NCBI GenBank assembly: GCA_043803945.1
Contig: JAZDJN010000061.1
Location: forward strand, 1-64,000
Source of the DNA: a bacterium
GTDB taxonomy: Bacteria; Bacteroidota; Ignavibacteria; UBA10030
Reading direction: 5' to 3'
DNA: 64,000 bases
Made by a program: the position numbers and the translations under genes. The notes under the pieces were generated by a model. It searched no databases. It saw only the letters and a list, made by a program, of their open reading frames with translations, and was not told where the DNA came from. Shown one piece after another: positions 9,767 through 18,859 of the stretch (position 1 is the first letter of the stretch; each line of letters begins with the position of its first letter).

Positions 9767-10767
9767 CAGACTCCGCTCTCCTTCGTATCTCCGCTATCAT
9801 ACCGGCCTACAATAGTGAGCATTCGATCGCAAATTGCCTCAGAGCCTTGTGCTCGGCAAACCCGCCTCTCCATGAGATCATTCTTGTCGATGATTGCTCG
9901 AACGATAGAACCGTGGAAATCGCTACACAGTTCAATACCCGTGTTATCAGGGAATCCCCTCACATCGGTGCCAACCATTGCAGAAACCGAGGTGCCAGGG
10001 AAGCGACAGGAGATATTCTCCTTTTTATTGACAGCGACATTGTCGTTGCCTCTGCGATTACTGCCACGGTACACAGCGCCTTTCTGGAGGAGAGTACGGA
10101 CGCTGTCGTTGGCATTTATTCCGCAAAACATCCTCACTCCGATCTGGCAAGCCAGTATAAGAATCTCTGGATTCGGTATTCGTACCTTAAATCGAACCAT
10201 CATATCGATTGGATATTTGGTGCTGTGGCGGCTGTACGAAAACCGATCTTCTGGGATGCCGGCGGCTTTGATGGGACACTCTTTATGAAACATGGAGGTG
10301 AGGACCTGGAACTTGGCAAACGCATGTCGAACTCCGCTTATCGGATACTGCTTCGGCGTGATCTCGAAGTTATCCATCTCAAGCGGCATACACTTTCCTC
10401 TCTTCTGAAAAATGATTTCTATCGGAGCGGAGGCTTCGCGCATCTGGCAACCCGCCTGGGCCAACTCGGTAAATCCTTTCAGAGCGGCTTTGCAAATATC
10501 TACCCATCGTTCATCTATTCCATCTTCCTTGCATGGTGTATTGTGATTGCCTCGCTTATTGGCTTCTGGGATTCGCGCACCTGGGTGGTTGCAGCCGTCT
10601 GGTTCTTGTTCTATCTGATCATCAATGCTCCATTTCTTCACTTTCTCTCACGGCACCTAAGCATTATCAAGGTTGCTGCCTCTGTAGGGATTCTCTTTCT
10701 CGATCATCTTGTTTCATCTCTTGGAAGTATTCGGGGAGTTTTCCGATGGCTGCGTTCGACCATATAA
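9763..10767 (+). CDS. Glycosyltransferase family 2 with C-terminal membrane segments
   Basis: SAIIPAYN, VDDCSNDRT, RNRGA, FIDSD, GEDLELG. Confidence 0.9.
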   Translation: MTDSALLRISAIIPAYNSEHSIANCLRALCSANPPLHEIILVDDCSNDRTVEIATQFNTRVIRESPHIGANHCRNRGAREATGDILLFIDSDIVVASAITATVHSAFLEESTDAVVGIYSAKHPHSDLASQYKNLWIRYSYLKSNHHIDWIFGAVAAVRKPIFWDAGGFDGTLFMKHGGEDLELGKRMSNSAYRILLRRDLEVIHLKRHTLSSLLKNDFYRSGGFAHLATRLGQLGKSFQSGFANIYPSFIYSIFLAWCIVIASLIGFWDSRTWVVAAVWFLFYLIINAPFLHFLSRHLSIIKVAASVGILFLDHLVSSLGSIRGVFRWLRSTI

Positions 10768-12737
10768 TCAAGAAGAAATACCTCATCCCTCTTTTTCTGT
10801 TCTTCATCTCACTTGGAATTTACATCTCCACACTCTGTCCCACGGTGTACTTAGGCGATAGCGGTGAATTTATTACCAATGCCTACACGCTCGGCATCAA
10901 CCACCCCACCGGCTATCCATTCTATACAGTACTCACACGATTTTTTATTCTTCTTACACCGTTTGCATCTCCGACGTATGGTACAAACCTGTTTTCCGCT
11001 TTATGTGCTGCCCTTACGATACCGGTTTTCTATTCCACCCTGCGACTCCTCACAGACCGAACCATGGTCTCGGCAGTTTCGGCCCTGCTGTACGCAGTCA
11101 GCGCGACACTTTGGTCTAAGTCGTCATCGGCAGAAGTGTATGGCATGAACATATTGTTCATTTCGCTCGCAGTGTATTGGACCTTTCACTGGTATCAAAA
11201 AAAAGATACCCGCAACCTTCTGCTCGTTAGCTTCATCGCTGGATTAGGACTTAGCCAACATGTTACAGGAGTGTTGGTTGCACTGAGCATACTGCTCTTC
11301 CTTGTGGTATCGAATTGGAGAATTCTCTTTCACCTGAACTTTCTTGGTGCGAGTATTTTACTCTTCCTCATTGGTTTCTCCTGTTATCTTTATCTACCAA
11401 TCCGTTCCATGGCAAATCCACCGCTTGATTGGGGAAACCCGGAAACACTCCAAAATCTCGCTCAGCATTTTTTTCCAAAAGCACCGGGTTCGCTTTTCTT
11501 TTCAGCACCGAAATACCAAACAGTGCGAATCGCCTGGACTGTGACGCAGGTCTTCACCAAGGAGTTCTGGTATTTCGGCGGACTTGGGATTGTCGGACTG
11601 TTATTCCTCCTCAGAGAATGGAGGCTGTGGACGTTTCTATCATCCATTGCTGCATTGAATCTCTATTTCAGTTTCAAACGATTCATCCCGCTCCACGCCG
11701 ACTTTGATGCTTCGCTGATGCCGACATATTTCATTATGGCGATAGGAATAGGAACGCTTCTGGCAAAAGGTCAGGATCTCTTTGAGCGAACTCTCCCTGC
11801 GGTGCAGAAACCTCTCTTGACACGATTGGCAGGGATGCTGCTCATGATCGTTCCGGTGATTATTCTTTTACAAAACTGGAAGGAGAGCGATAAACATAAC
11901 AACTACTTCGCATATGATCTCGGTAAGAATATCTATTCAGCGGCGCCGGCGAACTCCATTTTCTTTACGGTCGGCGATGAGCAAACATTTCTGGGATACT
12001 ATCTCAAGCATGTCGACCGCTCCCTCGCTCAAGCAACGATCATCGATAAGAATCTTCTCGGTGCAGCATGGGGAGGCCCGGCAATGTGTGGGAGAGAGTT
12101 GGGAATAACCACAACGCCGACGGATCCATCTGAAACAGTAGCGAAGCAGATCATTTCACACTTTCTGGGAAGAAGAGATATTTACTTCGTCAACAATGTC
12201 CCCTGGAATTTCGTTGTCGAGCAGTATGATGTTGAACATAACGGTATGCTGATCAAAGTTCTGCCAAAAGGAAGCAAGTTTCACTATGCTCCTCCAGCCT
12301 ATACATTTCATCTAGGGTGGGAAGATCAATTTCTCGACCCCCGGGCAGAGTTGATACAGCCGCTTTACCCCCGTGAATATCTCGACAATGCAAACTTCTG
12401 GTATCTCAAAGGAAACAAAGAGGCATCGCTCAACGAGTTGGGTGAGTTTCTGAAATTGAATATGAAAAAGACTCCAGAGCAGTGGTGCACGGCTTATCTG
12501 ATGCTTGCACAGATGCATTCGGATTTTAAAAAATTCGACACAGCGGTAGTCAATATCGATTCTGCACTTGCCTACCAGCCTACCGATTGGCGTTGTTTTG
12601 AAGCACGAGGAAATATTTTTTACCTGATGGGAAAGAATACTGAAGCACTCGCCTCCTGGAAGCAGGCCCTCCTCTATAACCCGAAGAATGAGAAACTCCA
12701 GCGCAACGTCGAGATCCTCTCAACCCTGAAACAATAA
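10746..12737 (+). CDS. DUF2723/TMEM260-like GT-C membrane glycosyltransferase with C-terminal TPRs
   Basis: PTVYLGDSGEFITNAYTLGINHPTGYPFY, SAEVYG, YLYLPIRS...DWGNP; many TM helices; TPR-like tail (ARGNIFYLMGKNTEALASWKQALLYNP). ATG 10746 is the more plausible start. Confidence 0.85.
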   Translation: MAAFDHIIKKKYLIPLFLFFISLGIYISTLCPTVYLGDSGEFITNAYTLGINHPTGYPFYTVLTRFFILLTPFASPTYGTNLFSALCAALTIPVFYSTLRLLTDRTMVSAVSALLYAVSATLWSKSSSAEVYGMNILFISLAVYWTFHWYQKKDTRNLLLVSFIAGLGLSQHVTGVLVALSILLFLVVSNWRILFHLNFLGASILLFLIGFSCYLYLPIRSMANPPLDWGNPETLQNLAQHFFPKAPGSLFFSAPKYQTVRIAWTVTQVFTKEFWYFGGLGIVGLLFLLREWRLWTFLSSIAALNLYFSFKRFIPLHADFDASLMPTYFIMAIGIGTLLAKGQDLFERTLPAVQKPLLTRLAGMLLMIVPVIILLQNWKESDKHNNYFAYDLGKNIYSAAPANSIFFTVGDEQTFLGYYLKHVDRSLAQATIIDKNLLGAAWGGPAMCGRELGITTTPTDPSETVAKQIISHFLGRRDIYFVNNVPWNFVVEQYDVEHNGMLIKVLPKGSKFHYAPPAYTFHLGWEDQFLDPRAELIQPLYPREYLDNANFWYLKGNKEASLNELGEFLKLNMKKTPEQWCTAYLMLAQMHSDFKKFDTAVVNIDSALAYQPTDWRCFEARGNIFYLMGKNTEALASWKQALLYNPKNEKLQRNVEILSTLKQ

Positions 12738-12821
12738 ATAATCCCGACCAACATTCCGAGATGGGATCAGAGACAATTGATCGGGACGGTCTCTATGCAA
12801 CTGGAGATGGAGTGCCAAGCC

Positions 12822-15029
12822 TTACGGAGTCGGATCGAATAAGTATCTCAGCCCAAGTGTGAAACTCCTTCCCCGCGTTGTATAGCCATTGATTTCCGAA
12901 TAGCGAACATCGAAACAATTCTCGATCCGAACATTCAGCAGGAGTTGATCGAGAAGTGTGAAGTGCTGCATCAAATCCACAAGTGTATAAGAGGCGACCG
13001 AGACTGTACCCAACGCGCCATACGGGCCGGATTTCGATTCATAGTACACATCGTTCCGTGAACCGACATATCGGACAGCCGCAGCGAGCTGCCACCAGGA
13101 GTACGGTTGATACTGGAGGCGAACGTTGAGTGTATTTGGCCGCCGGACAAGCCCCTCAGCAGCGACGTTTCCCTTAATAAATTCTCCGCTGTTATAGACC
13201 TGAACATAATTGCCCGCGCTCTCGAGAGGATTGATGGATGAGGAATTGTACGCTATGGTGCCATGAACCAGTGCCGCATTTGCTGTAACCAGAAATTGAT
13301 CGGTGATACGGGCAGAGGCTTCCAGTTCCAGACCTTTGATATCCTGCCTGCCAATATTGAGATAGGTATCGCCCCGATAATCATCGCGCATCCAGTCGGT
13401 GCCGAGCTTGTCGATGGCAATGGCCGGATTCCACAGGTAAACATATTCAATCGCATCATCGATCACCGTTTGATAATAGCTGAGAGAGAGATCAACTTCT
13501 CCTCCCAGTGTCTGTTTAACTCCTAGTTCATAGGTGGCAGAAAACTCAGGACTCAGCTTCTCATTGCCCCGGCGAATTCCGGAAGTGTAATAAGAATCCG
13601 GAGCATAGAGTTGATAAAGGGATGGTGCGTTGAAACCTGTCGAGTATGAGGCGTAAACCATTGTTCCCGTGTTAAACCTGTAGGATGGATTCACTTCTAT
13701 TGTTGACTGACTCCCAAAGCGGCTATGTTCGTTCAATCGTGTGCCTGCTGATACTTCTAATCCTTGAAGACCTTCTGTCAACAGTGAACCATTCAAGTCG
13801 AGATGAACGAAGAGACTCTTCGTAGCGGCGTTCAATCCCAACGGATCGAGATCTGACTGGGATTCAAATAATCCCCACTGGCTATTCAAATAGAGGTAGG
13901 AATGAGCAGTCATGGTCTCTTTATTCCATCCTATCCCGGCAAGAGCCTTCAGTCCACCGATAGAGTATATTGCATGGAGCTCGATGTTCGAGAGGGTTCC
14001 ATTCCAGTCTGCACTTGAGTAGGTATGATCGTAGATCCCCTGGGAAGAGGTCATCGATGAATCATCGACAGTAGAACGATTCATCCGGGAATAACCACCG
14101 CTCAATTTCAACCTCACAGCGTCGTTCACTGAGTACGAAGAGCCGTAGGTGAGGGTCGATCGCCGGTAGGCCAATGTTGCATTATCGTCGTCGCGATAAG
14201 CACCTTTATCGATATCGGCATCGGATGAATTCCTGATCAACGCAATAAAGGCATCGACACGATCAGTCTTATAGCCCACTTTTCCCGTTGCACTCCAATT
14301 GGAAAATCCATCGCGATCACGATTATTCCAGGTGCCGGATTGGGTCACACTGTCCACGGTAGCATCAAGGCCCTTCACGCGTGATTGGGAGAGCTCTGCG
14401 TTAACGTACCATCCCTCGAGTGCAGAATAATTGAACCAGGCATTTTGAGAGAGAGAGAATGTGCCGCTGCCAAAGGTACCGGAATTGAGTGAGAGATCAG
14501 CGTGAAGTCCTGGCTGTCGATTTTTCTGCGTAATGAAATTGATAACGCCGCCGATGGCAGAGGAACCGAAGAGTGTGCTATGTGAACCGCGTACGATCTC
14601 AATGCGCTCAACTCCAGCGAAGGACAGCTCAGACGCATCGAGAGCATTGTTGACCGATGCCGGATCGGTTATGCGCTGGTCATCAATGAGGATCGCGGTT
14701 TGATTATTGCCCGCACCCCGCAGGAAAATACTCTGAATCATCCCCGGATTTTGCCCCGCTCCCACAACATACAGCCCACCCTGCATGGTCAATGCCTCAC
14801 CGACACTCTGATAGAGGCTGTTGCTCACCAGTTGACGGGAGATAACTGAAACACTTCGCCCCACGTCAGTAATTTTCTTCTCAAGACGTGTCGCCGAGAC
14901 AATAACATCCGGCAGATGGTATGTTCGAACTGTATCGCTGAGAACCGGTTCATCAAGAACTTGTATTGCGGATTGCTGTGCGGGAAGCATTGCAGCACCA
15001 ATGAACATCAGGAAGGCTAAGTACTTCAT
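12822..15029 (-). CDS. btuB: TonB-dependent receptor, probable vitamin B12 transporter
   Basis: VIVSATR, plug motifs IFLRG...ILIDD and ERIEIVRGSHSTLFGSSAIGGVINFIT, beta-barrel C-terminus; directly downstream of a cobalamin riboswitch. Confidence 0.88.
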   Translation of the reverse strand: MKYLAFLMFIGAAMLPAQQSAIQVLDEPVLSDTVRTYHLPDVIVSATRLEKKITDVGRSVSVISRQLVSNSLYQSVGEALTMQGGLYVVGAGQNPGMIQSIFLRGAGNNQTAILIDDQRITDPASVNNALDASELSFAGVERIEIVRGSHSTLFGSSAIGGVINFITQKNRQPGLHADLSLNSGTFGSGTFSLSQNAWFNYSALEGWYVNAELSQSRVKGLDATVDSVTQSGTWNNRDRDGFSNWSATGKVGYKTDRVDAFIALIRNSSDADIDKGAYRDDDNATLAYRRSTLTYGSSYSVNDAVRLKLSGGYSRMNRSTVDDSSMTSSQGIYDHTYSSADWNGTLSNIELHAIYSIGGLKALAGIGWNKETMTAHSYLYLNSQWGLFESQSDLDPLGLNAATKSLFVHLDLNGSLLTEGLQGLEVSAGTRLNEHSRFGSQSTIEVNPSYRFNTGTMVYASYSTGFNAPSLYQLYAPDSYYTSGIRRGNEKLSPEFSATYELGVKQTLGGEVDLSLSYYQTVIDDAIEYVYLWNPAIAIDKLGTDWMRDDYRGDTYLNIGRQDIKGLELEASARITDQFLVTANAALVHGTIAYNSSSINPLESAGNYVQVYNSGEFIKGNVAAEGLVRRPNTLNVRLQYQPYSWWQLAAAVRYVGSRNDVYYESKSGPYGALGTVSVASYTLVDLMQHFTLLDQLLLNVRIENCFDVRYSEINGYTTRGRSFTLGLRYLFDPTP

Positions 15030-15057
15030 AACGTGTCCTTTTCATGGTCTCTCCGAC

Positions 15058-15098
15058 CAAAATAAAAAATCCCGGCCTTCGAAAAACGGGACGGGGGA
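15058..15098 (-). terminator. Putative intrinsic terminator (riboswitch expression platform)
   Basis: Minus strand TCCCG-TTTTTCGAAGGC-CGGGA followed by TTTTTTATTTT, between the aptamer and the btuB start. Confidence 0.55.
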
Positions 15099-15159
15099 AT
15101 ATTCTCACCATGACAGACACTGAGTCGATACTCCTTCCCTCGAAGGCAATGAAGATATT

Positions 15160-15368
15160 GCATGGCAGGTCTCCTGGCTTGTCCCACTCTCCTCGTGTCT
15201 TCCCATCGTCGCTGATCGGCGACAGTGACATTGTTGATGCAGAGAGTCCAGCTCACTGGCAAAGGACTTACAGTTGCGGGGCAGCTTCCGAATTTTCCCT
15301 CTTCGAGAGAAGCACGGAATTCCCTTTTCATCCCGATGCGATGCCATCACATCAGGACACCAAGCAGT
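15160..15368 (-). promoter_or_regulatory. Cobalamin (B12) riboswitch
   Basis: Minus strand GGTG...GATGAAAAGGGAATTCCGTG...AAATTCGGAAGCTGCCCCGCAACTGTAAG...GTCACTG...TGGGAAG...AAGCCAGGAGACCTGCC (B12 box). Confidence 0.95.
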
Positions 15369-15459
15369 GGATTACAAAGAACTTTATTACAGAGGCTGAA
15401 TGAAAATAGAGAAGAGGAAAGAGAGAGTCAAGCGGTATTTTTTGGGTATTGGTGCCTAA

Positions 15460-15739
15460 CCGTTCGCTTCACAGCAGAGTTCAATCTGGAGCGAACGGTG
15501 AGCTCAAAGCAGATAGGTGACTGTCACCTCATAAGCGGAATCAAGTTTATATCACGAGGCTGCTTTCCTCCATACCCTCACCCTGATTTTAGGTCGTCCC
15601 TCTCCCATCAATTGGGAGAGGGAATGAGGGTGAGGGCACTAGAAAAACAGATGACCAGCACCTTAAGTGTAATCGCATTGCATTTTCCGTTCGCTTCACA
15701 GCGGAGTTCAATCTGGAGCGAACGGTGAGCTCAAAGCAG
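15460..15739. repeat. Two 53-bp palindromic direct repeats (15460-15512, 15687-15739) flanking a CCCTCACCC/CCCTCTCCC-type palindrome (15575-15636)
   Basis: ccgttcgcttcacagc(a/g)gagttcaatctggagcgaacggtgagctcaaagcag occurs twice with one mismatch; between them ccctcaccct...tccctctccca-tcaat-tgggagaggga...agggtgaggg. Confidence 0.85.
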
Positions 15740-15740
15740 G

Positions 15741-17441
15741 CTACCATCCTCTTGATGCACCATCGCGACGCGGATCAGCGGCTCCAAAAAGTGTATGTGT
15801 CTCCGGATCGATCCAGATTGCATGCACTCCGCCGAAGTAGTTATCGAGACTTTCTTTCATCTCAATTTTCCAACCGAGTTTCTCCAGACTATCAATCGTC
15901 GGTTGAGGCATGCGTTTTTCCATAACGAGGGTAGAGTTTAACGGAAAGAAACGAGGAGCTTTTATTGCTTTATCGAGAGGGAGCCTGCCATCCAACACAG
16001 CAAGGATCACCTGTGCGACCGTTGGAGCAATGCGCGGACCTCCTGGAGATCCGATGACCAGGATAGGTTTTCCATTTTTCCGTACAATCGTTGGAGTCAT
16101 GTTCGATACTGGCCGATGGAGAGGAGTAACGCTATTCCTCCGCGTTGAATCTCCTGAAAAATCACCCATATGATTATTGAGGAGAATACCCAATTGAGGA
16201 GCCATTACTCCGGCACCATAAAAATCATTGATGGATTGTGTCAGGCTGGCAATGTTTCCCGAACTGTCAATGACGACAAGGTGTGTCGTGTTACCGGTTT
16301 TGCGGGCACGCTCTGCATCCCAGGGTTGAATCTTCTCAGGAACTCCTCCGAGTTTCATTCTCTCGGAAGCTGCCCCAATCCATTCATCCGAGAGAAGTCT
16401 CGATACAGGCTGCTCGTCATAATCAGGATCGGAAATCCAGGTTGTTACATCCTTCAAAGCCTGACGGCTTGCCTGAGCCAAACGGTGAATGTATTCAGGA
16501 GAGAGATATGGTAACGACGAAACTTCAAACCGCTCTGCAAATTTTAATATTTCCAGCAGGGCGGTCCCGCCGATACTTGGCGGAGGTAAGGTGATGATTT
16601 CGTACCCGCGATACCAGCCGCGTAACGGTCTTCGATATTGAATTCGGTACGATGCCAGGTCTTCCTGAGAGAGTGTACCTCCACGCGCCTTAACTGCCCG
16701 CACGATATCATCAGCGAAGGGAGATGCATATACGTTTGTCAGCGATGAGTTCCCCAATCGTTTCAATGTTGCTGAGAGCGCCGCTTGCTTAATCCGAAAT
16801 CCTGCTGTGGGTGGAAATCCATCAGCTAAAAATGTGGCTGCAATCGCTGAGTCTGGAAGGATATCCTTCATATGATCCACAATGATAGCACACTGTTTTT
16901 CTGAGAGATCAAATCCAGTATCGGCAACGACTGAGGCGGGTGCTAAAAGCTCCGCTAGCGGTTTGGTGCCAAACCGATCATACAGAGCCTGCCAACCTGC
17001 CGGGGCGCCGGGTGTACCAATTGCAGTAGCGCCGTGCTGACGAATATGTTGGAATGTATCAGCCGCTTGATAGTAGTACTCCTTGATGAGATTTTTCGGG
17101 GCGCGTTCACGATAATCGATCACCAGGAAACTGTCGCTCTTTGCATCATAATAGAGGACGAAACCCCCTCCGCCGAGTCCGGAGGCATGTGGTTCTACCA
17201 CGTTCAATGCAGCGACCGTCGCCACCGCAGCATCAGCGGCATTACCGCCTGAGCGCAGAATTCGGATGCCTATCTCCGATGCGATTGGGTGTGCAGAGAC
17301 AACCATTGACTTTAAGGCTGTTGCATGGAACACCTGCACTGAATCCTTCTCAGCCTGATAGTGCGAAGGGCTAGTTGAGGAGCAAGATGTTATGAACAAC
17401 GAAACAGATAGTATAGAGAGTGGAAAAAGATATCGTGCCAT
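15741..17441 (-). CDS. ggt: Gamma-glutamyltransferase family protein, predicted lipoprotein
   Basis: GGNAADAAVA, SGLGGGGF, DYRERAP, N|TTH nucleophile, GSPGG, GAADPRRDG; lipobox FITSC. Confidence 0.92.
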   Translation of the reverse strand: MARYLFPLSILSVSLFITSCSSTSPSHYQAEKDSVQVFHATALKSMVVSAHPIASEIGIRILRSGGNAADAAVATVAALNVVEPHASGLGGGGFVLYYDAKSDSFLVIDYRERAPKNLIKEYYYQAADTFQHIRQHGATAIGTPGAPAGWQALYDRFGTKPLAELLAPASVVADTGFDLSEKQCAIIVDHMKDILPDSAIAATFLADGFPPTAGFRIKQAALSATLKRLGNSSLTNVYASPFADDIVRAVKARGGTLSQEDLASYRIQYRRPLRGWYRGYEIITLPPPSIGGTALLEILKFAERFEVSSLPYLSPEYIHRLAQASRQALKDVTTWISDPDYDEQPVSRLLSDEWIGAASERMKLGGVPEKIQPWDAERARKTGNTTHLVVIDSSGNIASLTQSINDFYGAGVMAPQLGILLNNHMGDFSGDSTRRNSVTPLHRPVSNMTPTIVRKNGKPILVIGSPGGPRIAPTVAQVILAVLDGRLPLDKAIKAPRFFPLNSTLVMEKRMPQPTIDSLEKLGWKIEMKESLDNYFGGVHAIWIDPETHTLFGAADPRRDGASRGW

Positions 17442-17544
17442 ACTGGTTTTTATCTGGAAGTGAACAATTACTTTGGAGATGATTCACATATTAGAATTTC
17501 TCAGGATGTCGTTTTGCAATGCTGTATTTTCTAATACCTAACAT

Positions 17545-18690
17545 TCAACTCATCTTTTCCATTTTACCCTTGCTTTTCTTCTTCACTTTCGACAATTCCT
17601 GCTCGATTTCTTGCACGGTGGGAAGTGAAGATTTCAAATTTTTAGGAAGTGCGCGTGTCCATTGAGTTTTCCATTGCGCTACACCAATCGGTTTTTGTAC
17701 ATCCCGTAGTGCATACTCGGCAATGAGTTTGTTATGTGTGCGGCAAAGTAATAGCCCGATCGTCGGTTTGTCCTCAGTTTGCCGGAACTGTGCATCTACT
17801 GCGGAAAGATAGAAATTCATCTTGCCCGCATACTCCGGTTTGAACGTACCGTCTTTCAGCTCGATTACCACATAACAATGTAACCGGGTGTGATAAAAAA
17901 GAAGATCGAGATAAAAATCCTGCCCACCAACGTCCATATGAAACTGACGGCCGACATACGCAAATCCGGCTCCCAATTCTACGAGAAACCGTGCAATGTG
18001 CTGCGTGAGCTGTGTTTCCAAATCACGTTCACGGGCATCTGCACTCAACGTGAGAAAATCGAAGACGTACGGATCCTTGAGAGTTTGCTGTGCAAGATCG
18101 GATTGCGGCTGGGGTAACGCGCGGGTAAAGTTTGTAACGGCTTTTCCCTGGCGGCTGCGCAGGTTCGATTCAATTTGTTGTATGAGAATAGTTCGCGACC
18201 AACCATGTTCAGCCGCAGCCTGCGCGTACCACTCCCGTTCGGCCGGGTCCTTCAACTTTTCCAATAAAATTACATTATGCGCCCAGGGTAATTCGGCCAC
18301 CGCCTGTGGCCATTTTACCAATTCCAATTTGGCCACCGCTTGTGGCCAAATTGTCAGATCGTTTTTCGCAAGTGGATAAGCACGGTAGAATGCACGCATT
18401 CTTCGCAGATTGCGAGGAGAAAGTCCGTCCATCCCTGGAAACTCACGCTGGAGGTCGTGTGCTACACGGTCAATTACTGCTGTGCCCCATGCTTCGGTGC
18501 GGGAACGTGAATCAATCATCAATCCAAGATCATAATAAAGAAGAAGCAGCTCCTTGTTTGCCGCAAATGCCGCGCGGAGTTGTGCCGATCTGATGCGCGA
18601 CTTGAGATCGTCAAGAAATATCTTGTAGTTTTTCGGGACTAAAGACTTCACGCCAGCAACTTTACTTATGTTTCTTGAATGGTGGAACAT
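17545..18690 (-). CDS. YhcG/DUF1016 PDDEXK nuclease family protein
   Basis: NLRRMRAFY, LPWAHN, LKDPYVFDFL, LGAGFAYVGRQ, DLLFYH...VIELK, GKMNFYL. Confidence 0.92.
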   Translation of the reverse strand: MFHHSRNISKVAGVKSLVPKNYKIFLDDLKSRIRSAQLRAAFAANKELLLLYYDLGLMIDSRSRTEAWGTAVIDRVAHDLQREFPGMDGLSPRNLRRMRAFYRAYPLAKNDLTIWPQAVAKLELVKWPQAVAELPWAHNVILLEKLKDPAEREWYAQAAAEHGWSRTILIQQIESNLRSRQGKAVTNFTRALPQPQSDLAQQTLKDPYVFDFLTLSADARERDLETQLTQHIARFLVELGAGFAYVGRQFHMDVGGQDFYLDLLFYHTRLHCYVVIELKDGTFKPEYAGKMNFYLSAVDAQFRQTEDKPTIGLLLCRTHNKLIAEYALRDVQKPIGVAQWKTQWTRALPKNLKSSLPTVQEIEQELSKVKKKSKGKMEKMS

Positions 18691-18859
18691 ACAAAAACCT
18701 TATTGGCAGCATAGAATGAGCCGCATTATGCATCGCTTCAAGAATGATTCAGGTGCTTAAAAAATATCAACTATAGTCATCGAGAACCTCCCATAACATC
18801 TACACTATCCAGAGAGATCTTAGAAAGGTATACATGGTCAATGATAACTAATACATACT

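Noticed and set aside
15026-15728. Several short ORFs upstream of btuB
   Set aside because: They overlap the cobalamin riboswitch and the palindromic repeats, which explain the region.
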